Of a stretch of DNA of 64,000 nucleotides, positions 13,850 through 26,224 are shown one piece after another (position 1 is the stretch's first letter; each line of letters starts with the position of its first letter). The stretch is from Octopus vulgaris. Lineage: Eukaryota. The position numbers and the translations under genes were made by a program. The DNA lies in contig OX597824.1 of assembly GCA_951406725.2 (NCBI GenBank), positions 72,602,001 through 72,666,000 of the forward strand, written 5' to 3'. The notes under the pieces were generated by a model that had not been told where the DNA came from, did not search any database, and was given only the letters and a program-made list of their open reading frames with translations.

Positions 13850-14011
13850 GGCGCAGGATTGGTTGTGTGGTAAGTAGCTTGCTAACCAACCACATGGTTC
13901 CGGGTTCAGTCCCACTGCGTGGCATCTTGGGCAAGTGTCTTCTGCTATAGCCCCGGGCCGACCAATGCCTTGTGAGTGGATTTGGTAGACGGAAACTGAA
14001 AGAAGCCTGTC

Positions 14012-14055
<44 letters not shown>

Positions 14056-14212
14056 TTGTGTGTCTGTGTTTGTCCCCCTAGCATTGCTTGACAACCGATG
14101 CTGGTGTGTTTACGTCCCCGTCACTTAGCGGTTCGGCAAAAGCGGTGCTCCAGCATGGCCGCAGTCAAATGACTGAAACAAGTAAAAAGAGTAAAAGAGA
14201 GTAAAAGAGTAA
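13850..14212 (+). mobile_element. SINE family 1, young copy
   Basis: ggcgcagg head to aaaagagt tail. Confidence 0.9.
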
Positions 14213-14286
14213 CAGCTCGAGGTTATTGCAGAACAATTAAATCAGTGATACAAAGTAACAAAGAAATGAAAATGGCCAAGTCTTAC

Positions 14287-14505
14287 TTTTAAACAAAGTG
14301 GACATGTCCTTTTGTCGTCATCATCTTTCTGTCCCCACGTGTGTCTTCCATGCACGTGTCCACACTTAATGTATACAAATGGTTGCTTATCAAGTCCAGG
14401 TGTAGCATGAGACTTGCTAGGCAGCACCAATGTGGTTAGACCAACTGGACACTGTGGACGGCAAGCATTGATTTCTTCCACCAATTTGTTAAATTCCTGT
14501 TCGTT
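14287..14505 (-). CDS. PELI: Pellino exon G (NEQEFNKLVEEINACRPQCPVG..CGHVHG..CPLCLK)
   Basis: tttcatcag|AAC acceptor, AAA|gtaaga donor, 219 nt. Confidence 0.94.
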
Positions 14506-14511
14506 CTGATG

Positions 14512-14845
14512 AAATAGGTGGGGGGGAAAGGAAAAAAGAGAAAATTAGAGATAAATCACTGAACAGGGTGAGTGGGAGAAAGAGAGCAAGACGGAAGCTG
14601 GGAAAATGAGAGAGAAACGACAGTGAGAAAGTGAAAGTAAGGAGCAAGAGAGAAAGAGAAAGCAAAAGAGTGAAGGAATGTGAGTGAGAGAGAAAACACA
14701 AGAGGGGAGACAGAGGATAGTGAGAAGGAAAGAGGAGAAAAGGAAGGAGAGCAAAAGGGAGGGAAAATAAGAGAAAGCAAGAGAGGAGAGAGAGAGAGAA
14801 TATAAGAGAATGAGAAAGGAAAGTGTGAGAGAGAAAGATAGAGAC
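14512..14845. repeat. GA-rich (minus-strand polypyrimidine) tract
   Basis: ~330 nt of mainly G/A directly upstream of the exon G acceptor. Confidence 0.85.
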
Positions 14846-15790
14846 AACTGAGTGCAGACATAGCATCATAATTGTGTGTATGTGTGTGTGTGTGTGTGTT
14901 TATTTTCCATTTGCATTCGTAAAGCACAGGTTGAGCAACTATGATGTGTTTACATTTTCTGTAAACAATATATCCTGTGGTTCAATAATTCTGACATATG
15001 AAGATCAGTGGAATATAAAAAAAGTTTAACAAGTAAAACAGGTATGGGCTGGCAACGGGAAGGGTTATCTAAATGTAGATAACCACCTCGATATTTCACT
15101 TGACTCATGCCAGTTTGGAAAACTACGCGATTACTTTTTTTTTTTTTTTTTTTTTAGAGAAATCATTATTGTTAGCACTGTTGCCATGCCAAAAATAGAT
15201 ATTTAGATTCACTGGTACCATATTCCTAACTATAATAACTCTTAACCATATATATCCACTCAAAATTTCATTCCCTTAACTGTGGAAAGCTGTTTTATAT
15301 ATCAACCTGTTTTTTGTTGATGAAAATCCTTTGAAAATATCTATTAAGTTTATTATGAGACTTTCAGAAAATACCATGCTTTGGTGGGTAATTAACATAA
15401 TTATGGGAATAGCTATGAAATTAAATTATGCAATTAAAAGGTTAGTTCTTTCTTTTAACTGTAGTTAAGCTCCATGGTATAAAAGACCCACATACACACA
15501 TTTTTCTTTCTTCATGTAAGCATGATAAAATACAGGATACACAATTTTCAGTGTTAAGAGTCAATGAACCCTCAAGTGGAACCTGCTATCAGCCAGGCAT
15601 ACTGCCGTAAACAGATTCATGAGAGGTTTCAGAGCAAAACGACTGTAGTAAAGTTTGAAGTCATAACTATGAGGTTGGAGGCCAATAGTCTCGTTCCATA
15701 ATGTGACAAAGAATATAAAAAGAAAACAAGACAAAGGGATAGATAAGCAAAGACTTAAAAAACCCAAAAAACAATCTCAATAAAACTTAC

Positions 15791-15889
15791 TGGTGACGCA
15801 TGCAAGCCTGAAGCGGAGCGCCACAATAGTGTCACCCCACACAAATCAATCAGTGTGCCATCGTGTAGGACATTGTCGGCATTTAGCAT
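15791..15889 (-). CDS. PELI: Pellino exon F (MLNADNVLHDGTLIDLCGVTLLWRSASGLHASP)
   Basis: tttaccag|ATG acceptor, CCA|gtaagt donor, 99 nt. Confidence 0.95.
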
Positions 15890-16029
15890 CTGGTAAAGGA
15901 AAAACAAAAACTTTTTAGAAACTATGAAAATTATAATATAAAAGGTATCAAAAAATAATGGGGAGGAGATGGCATGAGAACTGTTAATTCTGCAATACAC
16001 CCATATGCAATTACAATATTATCATTGGA

Positions 16030-16332
16030 TCATCATCGTTTAATGTCCGTTTTCCATGCTAGCATAGGTTGGACAGTTCGACCGGGGTCTGGGAAGCCAG
16101 GAGGCTACACCAGGTTCCAGTCTGATCTGGCAGTGTTTCTATAGCTGGATGCCCTTCCTAACGCCAACCACTCCGTGAGTGTAGTGGATGTTTTTTACGT
16201 GCCATCAGCACAGGGGCCAGAGGAGGCTGGCAAACGGCCACGATCGGTTGGTGCTTTTACGTGTCACCGACACAGATGCCAGTCAGGCGGCGTTGGCATC
16301 TGCCACGTTTGGACGGTGCTTTTTATGTGTCA
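16030..16332 (-). mobile_element. RTE-LINE 3' UTR fragment
   Basis: catgctagcatg..ctggatgcccttcctaacgccaacc motif with (CAT)n end; more copies at 21716-22030, 28525-28790, 35584-35850, 36288-36700, 38260-38550, 39864-40130. Confidence 0.8.
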
Positions 16333-16719
16333 AAAAAGAAGTAAAAAATGAAAGACCAGTAAAATAGCTTGCTATGCTCAATGCAGTAAACAAATCACAC
16401 TCAACAAACTAGTGAGGAAGCTTCAACATTGTTTGTTGGGGACAATATATCTGGTTGCTATATTGAGTAACAATCTTATTGTTTAGAAAATTAGAAACAT
16501 AAGATAATATATGTAGCAGTTCAACCTTGCTGAACCCTTTTGATACAAACCTACCCCTGATCAACGATACAAACTTGCTGCTTGGAAGCAATCTAAATAC
16601 ATTGCATCAAAATTTCATGCTAATTCTGTTCAAAATACCAGCTTTACCTTTTCAATACTTACTGTATTATTTCATTACTGTTGAGATGCTCTGCATTTTT
16701 TTCAATTACTTTAAATATA

Positions 16720-17165
16720 ACTGGCACATAAAAGGCACCATTCGAGTGACTTCGTTGCCAGCTTCACTTTACTGGCACTTGTGCCCCCTGCTAGTAGGGT
16801 GCTAAGAGCACCATCCGAGCGTGATCGTTGCCAGAGTGGCTAACTGGCTTCCGTGCTGGTGGCATATAGGAGGCACCATTCAAGCGGGATCGTTACCAGC
16901 ATCGCCTGACTGGCACCTGTGCCGTTGGCATGTGTAAAAAATTCGAGCAAGGTCGTTGCCAGTACCGCCTGGCTGGCCCCCGTGCCGGTGGCATGTGAAA
17001 GCACCCACTACACTCTCGGAGTGGTTGGCGCTAGGAAGGGCATCCAGCTGTAGAAACTCTGCCAGATCAGATTGGAGCTTGGTGCAGCCATCTGGTTCGC
17101 CAGCCCACAGTCAGACCGTCCAACCCATGCTAGCATGGAAAGCGGACATTAAATGACGATGATGA
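16720..17165 (+). mobile_element. RTE-LINE 3' UTR fragment
   Basis: Inverse orientation of the 16030 copy; similar + copies at 27340-27805 and 39495-39832. Confidence 0.8.
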
Positions 17166-18120
17166 AAGAATTTAGTAAAATAACTGAGTTATCATTAAAC
17201 TAGTGTTAGGAACATAAATCGTGACTAAGGTTTGGTGGAAGATTTTAATCCCAAACTTATGAAAACAAGACATTTGTATTCAGAGTGAGAGCCAGTTTCA
17301 ACCAGGTTGGTAACAAATGAGTTAATGATTTATTAAATTCTTCATTATTTTTAGAATTAACTGATACAAAAGTAGTGCATTCCAACAGAAAAATGGTAAT
17401 GAAAAGGTTAATGCAGCAGCTTAATCTCCCACAAGAACATTTGTATAAGTGACAAGTAACTGCTGGCATACTCTCCTGCTCTTCTGTAACACCATTTGTA
17501 TAAGTGACAAACCATTGTCAGCTTTCTCTCCTGCTTTTGCAAAACAGCATTTATATAATGCTGTTATTCTCTCAGATTCCAAAAAGGCCATGTCTTCTGC
17601 CTTCTTGTCATGAGAGTTTCAAACAACATCCCACCAATTCCTTTTCAACCAAGATGGCTCTGCATTTACTCTGTACTTATCTTCAAAACTCAACAAATCA
17701 CTTGACATACAATAATTATCAGGCAAATCGTCCTTAAGTTGACAACTGACAAGTCCCTCAACCCCTTGGGGGTTGTTGGGGCACTGCAGCCATGCAGCAT
17801 ATCTAGGGAAAGAAGGCCATCTCTCTTTAGGCTAAACTCATTTCTACAACTGAGTGGAATGGAGTAACATGAAATAAAGTGTTTTGCTCAAGTACACAAT
17901 GGATAGCCCAGTCCAGGGATTGAAACCACAATTTTACAGTTGTGAATTCAACACCCTAACCACTAAGCGACACACCTCCACTATTGGTAAGCATTTCTAC
18001 AGTTAGTGGACTGGAGCAACATGAAGTGAAGTGTTTTGCTCAAGAACACAATGCACTGCCTGGTCCAGGAATCAAAATCACAATCTTACGATCATGAGTC
18101 CAACACCCTAACCACTAAGG

Positions 18121-18321
18121 CAGTGGTTTTCAACCAGGGTTCCGCTATTACAGTCCAGGGGTTCCGCAAGAAGCTACAAAAATGCTAAAATCGACAGTAA
18201 TTTTTAATTCTCCTGTGCAGATATGTGTGCATAGGACAATTAAATTATTGCACAGGGGTTCCTCGAGCCAGTGAAATGTTTTCTTGGGGTTTCGCTCCAG
18301 CAAAAAGTTTGAAAAGCACTG
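18121..18321. mobile_element. hAT MITE
   Basis: TIR cagtggttttcaa / ttgaaaagcactg; perfect 8-bp TSD cactaagg (18113-18120, 18322-18329). Confidence 0.92.
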
Positions 18322-18883
18322 CACTAAGGTATGTCTCTTAAGTTACTACCAGAAAATATAGCTGAGATGTTCAGCTAAATAGCGTTTCATCAAATGCCTG
18401 CTTGATTAGATAAAGCATGTACCATCATTTTAATATCTATTTTTACATGCTAGCAGGAATTAGATGAAAATTGTTGGAGCAGCTTTTCTATGGCTGGATG
18501 CAATTTCTATAACTAACCATCACATTTCCTCCAAGCAAGGTAATATTTCCCCCAGTTCGCCAAACACAAACCACACAATGACCAGGAATGTTTTCCCAAA
18601 AATTTGCAAATGAACAACAGCACTTTTGTGATAGTGACATTTGGTTACAATTAGCACGTGATGTCAAGACAGGATATGGGTACACATACACTCACACACA
18701 TATGATGGGCTTCTTTTGTCTACCTGCCATCCATTCATGAGGCTTTGATTGACATGGTGATACACAAAAAGACACTTGCCCAGGGTATTGTGTAGTGGAA
18801 CTGAACCCAATACAACAAACCTCTTAACCACACAGCCATGTCTGTGCACACACATACACACATATCTATATACATATATATAC

Positions 18884-19069
18884 CTGATGACTTTTCAATG
18901 GGTCTGCTCTTGAGTTCCTAGCACTGTAAATACCTCCACCAACTGACACTTCATACCATGTGCCAGGCTTGGAAGCAGGTGTGAACCCTTCCGTTGGGCT
19001 CATAATAAAAACACCATTTGTCGTTAGCCCGTCAATCTCTTCGCCTGAGTGCCATTTAACTGCCTTCTC
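18884..19069 (-). CDS. PELI: Pellino exon E (EKAVKWHSGEEIDGLTTNGVFIMSP..SRADPLKSHQ)
   Basis: tttttcag|GAG acceptor, CAG|gtatat donor, 186 nt; read by hand. Confidence 0.95.
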
Positions 19070-20081
19070 CTGAAAAACAGTAAAAAGATTGGTTTCAAGA
19101 AAAGATTAAAAACCATACTAGCGTTTTTTTTTTCTTTGTTATTCTCTATAAATTATATAAATTATTCAAGGGACATAAATTCAATTATACACATGAGCAT
19201 CTAAAATGACTTTTTGTGCTTTTCCCTATATTTAAAACACTTCAATGAAGCCAGTAAAGTTAAACTAGTCAAGAGGCATACTGAACATAAAGGGGCATAA
19301 CCAAGTATAACAACATATTCTGTGCAACACCTCTAATTATGTCATTCACTGCCCTAATATAACATCTTGCATAGTCACAAGACCTCTAATTTGTAATACA
19401 GTAACACTCAATACTGTTACCTCACAAGGGTGAAAGCAAAGTTCACCCTGAAGGAATTTTAAAGAAATGTAACTAAAAGACTTCGTGATGCCCAACAACT
19501 TACCCGTTCAGCAGAATATTGGTTTTGAATTTTGGTACAAGGCAGAGCAAATTCGGGGAATGGGTAAGTCGATTATATTAACCCACAATGCTCAACTAGT
19601 ACTTATTTTATCATCTAAATGATAAAAGGTGATGTCGACCCTGGCAGCATTTGAACAAAGGACGTACAGACGGATGAAATGTCGCTAAGCATCTTGCCTA
19701 GTGTGCTATTGATTCGGTCATAAAATAGAGTTTGAGACCCGTTAACGGAAAAAAAACCTCAACCTGCTAGGTGTTAAAAACTGTGTAGAAAACTAACATG
19801 AAAAAAAAAAATTGCCCAAACGAACGTGGAGGGGGGGGGGGCTTTTGGAAAATTCACAAGATCTGCACGATTCTGCCAGAACTGATCAAATAGATTCCCA
19901 ATATTTGACATGTTAAACTACTTCAAGGGAGGTAACTAATTATAGCCAGGTGCCAAAATAACGAAAGAGAAACGAGATCAGAAGTCTACGGTTGGAGTAA
20001 AGCTCATCAAACCAACTCCACTACTAAAAGTGGTACTTCAGCTGCACATCTTCATATTGTATTGTAGTGTGTGTATATGTA

Positions 20082-20134
<53 letters not shown>

Positions 20135-20357
20135 TTATTACACATTCACACAATGGGTAAGAATACATCAAAAGGCATAGAATAGATGTGGACAAGATCA
20201 GTACTCAGACCAGACTAAATTCCTAAAATTAATTGTAATCATGAAACATGAAATCTAACCAGAATTGGCTTGAGGAAATGCACTGATTGAGATAACGAAA
20301 ATAAATTAAAAAAGAAAAGACAAGTTGGTTATGGCACCAAAGCATATTCCTACATAG

Positions 20358-20399
<42 letters not shown>

Positions 20400-20403
<4 letters not shown>

Positions 20404-20806
20404 CGCATATTTGCCATTTGAATATGGCTAACCCTAAGGGTGGATGCTACTGTAGTTTGTAGCCCCAGGAAGATATCTCCTCCAGCTGGCTATAGACACA
20501 CTATCTGTGCCCTATCAGTATTTGTGAAGGGAAGTCATCCTTCCCGTCTTCAACTTATGATACACACGGACTCGAGTTTCAAGGTGTTTACCTATCATCA
20601 GCGTGTGACAATCATAGTTGTCGATGAGAATTCAGTTTCCCTCACAAATACATATAGATAGTGTGTCTATAGCCAGCTGGAGTAGATATCTTCCTGGGGC
20701 TACAAACTACAGTAGCCTCCACCCTTAGGGGTTAGCCATATTCAAATGGCAAATATGCATCACGATGTGTTACCGCTACTGTTTATAACTCGCTCTGAGA
20801 TTTATT
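20400..20806 (-). mobile_element. Same retrozyme/Penelope-type family in fold-back form
   Basis: Homologous to the 55.3-55.8 kb unit; 20400-20506 is inverted at 20656-20763, with the hammerhead in the loop. Confidence 0.8.
20563..20607 (-). ncRNA. Minimal type I hammerhead ribozyme
   Basis: Minus strand: CACACG-CUGAUGA-u-AGGU aaac ACCU-u-GAAA-CUCGAG-UC/-CGUGUG. Canonical core, 6-bp stem I, palindromic stem III, GUC cleavage triplet. Confidence 0.88.
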
Positions 20807-21324
20807 ATATATATATACTAGCTTAAAAGCCACACTTTGTGTAGACTTTTAAGCTAGCTCTTGCAGAGAGCTAATTGGGTCTGTGGTCCAAAACTAAAGA
20901 GTGCTAAATAGCATGACTATGTCTATAATGACTATATGCCCAGGTGGTGTTTGATTAGGGGTTAAGGATGGATGAGAATTAATTCTGTAATGCACTCATT
21001 CTATTGTTCCAGTCCCAAGTTGAATTCCAACTGTTGGCCAATTTATCCAAAAGTTCTTATCTCAACATAAAAATTAATGAAGCGAATGTCGTTTATTTCG
21101 CCCCCTTGATCTCTGACGTCATCTGACAAACGCCACCAAGATGGCCTGAATCAGCCAAGCTTTACCTGCTAGAAATAGCAACCCTTTCAAATCAAATCCC
21201 AATGCTGGATGTTCAAGAACCAAATGCAGGGCAGATTTTCAATCCTGGGAACATCCTGATTTCAAAAAGGTATAATATGTCTATGTAGAGCAAATGTAGG
21301 CTGAGATACAGGTGTACCAGATGT

Positions 21325-21686
21325 ACAGGCAGAATTCCCTTCGACAAGTCATCCTAACGAGACGGCTGCGATGGCTGGGTCATGCCTTCCATCGTCAACC
21401 AGGAGAATTCATATACAAAGCAATTGCCCTAGCTCCCCTTCAGAGTTGGCGAAAGCGATGTGGTGGACAACGAAAAACCTGGCTGATGACAGTCAAGGAT
21501 GATCTGGAACCCAACCTAGGCCCCCATATCTACAGTGTTCGCGGCTGGAATAAGGAGTGGTTGGAGATCACGCGGTCGTTAGCCTCAAATCGCCAGGTCT
21601 GGTTGGCGTTTGTGAGAGATGCAGCATTGAGGATGAATGAAGCCAGCTCAACCCACCCCAGGTGAATGCTGTCTCAAGACAAGAAG
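21325..21686 (+). mobile_element. RTE-like LINE 3' end (second family)
   Basis: RRLRWLGH..GGQRKTW..DDLE..NRQVW motif typical of the RTE ORF C-terminus; short (caaga) tail. Confidence 0.8.
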
Positions 21687-22139
21687 AACACATATGTATA
21701 CATATATATTAGGTACATCATCATCATCATCATCGTTTAACGTCCGTTCTCCATGCTAGCATGGGTTGGACGGTTCGACCGGGGATCTGGAAAGCCAGAA
21801 GGCTGCACCAGGCTCCAGTCTTATCTGGCAGTGTTTCTACAGCTGGATGCCCTTCCTAACGCCAACCACTCCGTGAGTGTAGTGGGTGCTTTTTACGTGC
21901 CACCTGCACAGGTGCCAGGTGAGGCTGGCAACGGCCACGGTCGGATTGGTGTATTTTATGTGACACCTGCACAGAAGCCAAACGAGGGGGTGCTGGCATC
22001 GGCCACGAGTCGGATAGTGCTTTTTACGTACTCTTTTTGAACTAATAATAAAACTCATACTACTTCTATTTGCAGCCAAATTTCCTTTAAGTATGTAATT
22101 TTTAATAACAAAAGAAAGAAAAGTTGTTTTCATACTGAC

Positions 22140-22337
22140 CCCAAGGAATATATTGCGTGCACCATCGAAACCGGCAGCAAATATTCTGGAAGTGTACGGC
22201 GGGTTTCTTTCCACTAAGATCCGACATGCAAATCGCGATATAGTACTTTGAGTTACCTCCCCATTGTAACGTCTTTGGTTCGCAGGAACCGTATCCATGA
22301 CAATGAAGTCGATAGGGCTCTCCCCTGAGCGACCAAT
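22140..22337 (-). CDS. PELI: Pellino exon D (IGRSGESPIDF..STISRFACRI..NIFLG), FHA phosphothreonine-binding residues
   Basis: ttccag|ATT acceptor, GGG|gtcagt donor, 198 nt. Confidence 0.96.
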
Positions 22338-22490
22338 CTGGAATAAATAAATAAAAATATAAATAAACATTTTTTCTTTTACAGCTTTACAACAATTGTT
22401 TTAATACATGGATATCAAAACTCAATGTGGTTGCTGAACCTACCAAAAATAGCAGCCAAATCTCCTTTTGAATCACACTACCATCTTTAA

Positions 22491-22711
22491 CCCTTTAGTA
22501 TTCAGATTATTTTGGCAAATGTAAAATGCTTATTTATTCATATTGCTTTGAATTAATCATAGACTGTCTTGTAGCATCAAAATTTTTATGATGTGATTCT
22601 TTATTTTAGAATGACATTGCAGGGTAGGTGCAAGAGGCCAGATCTGGCCAGTTTGAACATAAAACATGAAGAATATTTTGCCTGGATATGGCTGGTTTAA
22701 ATGCCAAAGAG
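22491..22711. mobile_element. piggyBac-like MITE
   Basis: TTAA flanks; homology to 5272-5485. Confidence 0.75.
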
Positions 22712-22761
22712 TTAAAAAGGGAGGACATAATGAAATGTGGTTATACAGACACATTTTCTGT

Positions 22762-23152
22762 AGGCATAGGAGTGGCTGTGTGGTAAGTAGCTTGCTTATC
22801 AACCACATGACTCCGGTTTCAGTCCCATTGCAAGGCACCTTGGGCAAGTGTCTTCTACTATAGCCTCAGGCTGACCAAAGCCTTGTGAGTGGATTTGGTA
22901 GATGGAAACTGAAAGAAACCCGTCATATATATATATTTATGTGTGTATATGTTTGTGTGTCTGTGTTTATCTCCCCAACATCACTTGACAACCGATGCTG
23001 GTGTGTTTACATCCTCGTAACTTAGCAGTTCAGCAAAAGAGACCGATAGAATAAGTACTGGGCTTACAAAGAATAAGTCCTGGGGTCGATTTGCTCGACT
23101 AAAAGCAGTGCTCCAGCATGGCCACACAGTCACATGACTGAAACAAGTAAAA
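22762..23152 (+). mobile_element. SINE family 1
   Basis: Full-length homology. Confidence 0.9.
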
Positions 23153-24427
23153 AAATAAAAGAATACAAGATAGTCATGGAAGGGATGTCTTTGATGATAT
23201 GTCTGTTCAGTTACAGTTGAGCTGAAGCAAAGCACCAACACCAATACCAGGATATGTTCTCCCTACCAACAATTTAAGCATGAAGTAAAACTGAAAGCTG
23301 TAATGCAATGGATAAAACAAAAATTTGAATTGATGACCATGTATTCATTAGTTGAGCACCTTAACCTCTGAGCCATTGGTGACTCAAAAACAAACTCACT
23401 GCTGGTGAGGACTGTTTACATAATGATATCAGGAAACTTGTCCTTACTGATGCTGAGAAGAAACATTGAAATGCTACAAGAGGTTGCTGAATGAAAAACA
23501 GTAGGGTGACCAGCTATAGACATTGACAAATTATGGTTGAGATGGTCATTAAAGACCCAGTAGAAGTTCTATGTTGTAATTCAAGTTGAAGTGGCATTGG
23601 CTTCAAAACAAACTGGTTTGTGATTTAAAACTTACAAAGAGGTCCTGACCATGAGGACTGTACTTCAAACAAGTTTGGTGCAAAAAATATTTGTATTCCA
23701 TTCAGAAAATGGTTTCTTGTTGAAAATGAAACTCTACTGTAACCTAGGATGATTGGGTAGGAATCCCTAATCATCATTATCATCATTTAACATCTGTTTT
23801 CCATACTGGCATGGTTTGGACAGTTTGACAGGAGCTAGCCAGAGAGCTGCACAAAGTTTCTATTGTGTTTTGGCACGGTTTCTACAGCACCCATGGAGTT
23901 GTCAAGTAGTTTACAAAACAAGAACCTCTCAGCTGAGAGAGGCAACAGAACAAAGAGAAGTGGTCATGTGCCAGTCGAGAGGTTGGAGTATGATAGAGGA
24001 ACAGGGATAGCTGTCTCACTACAGAAGAGATACTTGGTAACCCAAGTAAGACAGGAAGGAGAGGGAGATGGAGGGTTTAAAGAGAAAGCAAGAGAGTGAG
24101 AGAGAGAAGCCTACCCACAGGGAGTAGTGGGGGGTGAAGTATAAGCAATACAAAAGGGAAAGAGATAAGGTTCCATAAGAGTGTAAGGGGAGATATTTAG
24201 AGATAGCAGGTGATGGTGAGGGGGATTGGAGTGACTAGGGAGGTGGGTATGGTAGATATGTAAGGGCATGGAGAGTGTGGTGATAGTTGGTGTCCAGATT
24301 CCTGTATACTAACACGAAACCACAGAAGTACAGAAGTAACATGATTGCTTGTATATAAGACAACCTTTTAACTTTACACTCCCCATCCCACTCACAAGGG
24401 TGGTTCTCTGTTTATTTCCTTGTGTTC

Positions 24428-24463
24428 CTTTCTGTTGAAGAGCATAGGCTCGAAACGTAAAAG
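24428..24463 (+). ncRNA. Minimal hammerhead-like motif, U6 variant family
   Basis: CUUU-CUGUUGA-a-GAGC auag GCUC-GAAACGUA/-AAAG. Confidence 0.55.
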
Positions 24464-24855
24464 ACTTTCTCACCTTCCCAAGTGTTAAACCAATACAGCT
24501 GTCTTCATCTTTTGTTTTTCTGTAAATTTCAGCTATTAAATGTAAAGTTCGAATACTGTGTTAAACCAGTAAACTCTTCCTTGGTATCTCCCAATATCAT
24601 TGTATATGCCATCTTTATTATTATTTTACGTCCACTTTCTTTGCTGGCATGTGTTGGACAGGCTATCATGATCTAAGTCAGTTCTTATTTAGAGTTATTG
24701 TCCTTCTAGATGGGTCAAAGGATTATGTCTCACTTTTGCACTTAATTTTTTGGTTTGGTTTCTCCGGCTGGATGCTCTTCCTAAAACCAACCATGTTAAA
24801 GAGTGTACTGGGAGCACTTCATTATGGTACCAGCATTAGAGAGGATGTCATATCT

Positions 24856-25085
24856 TATTTCTTTATTACCTATAAGGGGCTAAATATAGAGGGGACAAAC
24901 AAGGACAGACAAAAAGATTAAATTGATTACATCGACCCCAGTGCGTAACTGGTACTTAATTTATCGACTCCGAAAGGACGAAAGGCAAAGTTGACCTCGC
25001 CAGAATTTGAACTCAGAACGTAAAGACAGACGAAATACCGCTAAGCATTTCGCCTGATGTGCTAACGTTTCTTCCAGCGCGCCGC
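24856..25085 (-). mobile_element. SINE family 2
   Basis: Homology. Confidence 0.85.
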
Positions 25086-26224
25086 TAGTGAGATGTAATG
25101 TATATAGAGAACAGTTGACTAAAGTGCCAAGAGAACCAAGTGGAAGGAACTTGTGGATGAGAAATAGTAAAGAAGATATAAAGGAGGAAAAGGTAATAAA
25201 AGGCTGATCTCAAGCTCATGAAAAGAAACAACAAAGTCCTGCAACAAGTGGGGAGATATGATGGACTTATCCAACTTGTGCAAATATGGGGAAAAAACTG
25301 ACATTAGAAATAATGATGATATAGTCATTTCACACATACATAGTCATATGTCTTACAAAGTTTTAAATTGCAGGATATCTTAACCAGCAAATCCTTTTAT
25401 GGAAATGCAAAGTAATGACAAGCTCATATTACTAAAACTATTTCAGAAACTGATTTTCAAACCAGGAAATACTTTTATCTCTTCAAAAGCCCAGACTAGG
25501 ATAAGAGTTATTGCTGTTGTCACACACAAATATCCAAACAATGCCATTTGACTGACTTGGGCAAATTTTTGTTCACAAACGTATTTAAATCGTTGAGCAC
25601 ACAAAGATGCTTCCCCTACCACTCTTTTGTAGTTGCATATCTTCTTCATGCAGGCCAACCTCATACACTTATATATAATACTCCCTTCTACAGTGGTCTC
25701 AATTCCCAGATCTCACACCAGACACTTTCCTTGATCCTTTCCTCCTAAAACTTTACTCCCTTGAAACTCACTTCCCTACACATGTTCACACTGAAGATGA
25801 ATGACATCGATTTAACCAGCCTGGGAGACACTTTAAAAATTAGAAGAACTGTCTCCTCTCATCTGAAAGGCATATATAAATAAAGATAGGACCCTTTAGT
25901 CTAGTCTGGGATAAGAGACTCAAGGTAATATTTCATATGGCAAGATATGTTTTCCATGGAAGACTTGAAACAACATTGCTTGTATGATAGTGATAAGGGT
26001 TAACATTTAGTTTAGCTGATTATTGTTTTCAGAAATATAGTCATGAGTACATGAAGATGGAAATTTTAGTATTTCTGTTATAGGAATAGCAAGAGTTGAT
26101 AATTGTTTTATTTTGTGTAGCATGTTTCAAGGACTGCATCACTGCAGTTACTAGTTAGCGGCAAGTTGTAGGTTTAGAACAAGTCAAAGCTAAGAAAGAA
26201 GGCAGATTTAGTCTTAACATCATG

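Noticed and set aside
14489-14927. Leu/Ser/Phe-rich 'membrane protein' ORFs
   Set aside because: Artefact of the CT-rich tract; open in all three frames.
15575-15645. Possible cassette exon after exon F
   Set aside because: Weak splice signals and an in-frame stop; no supporting homology.
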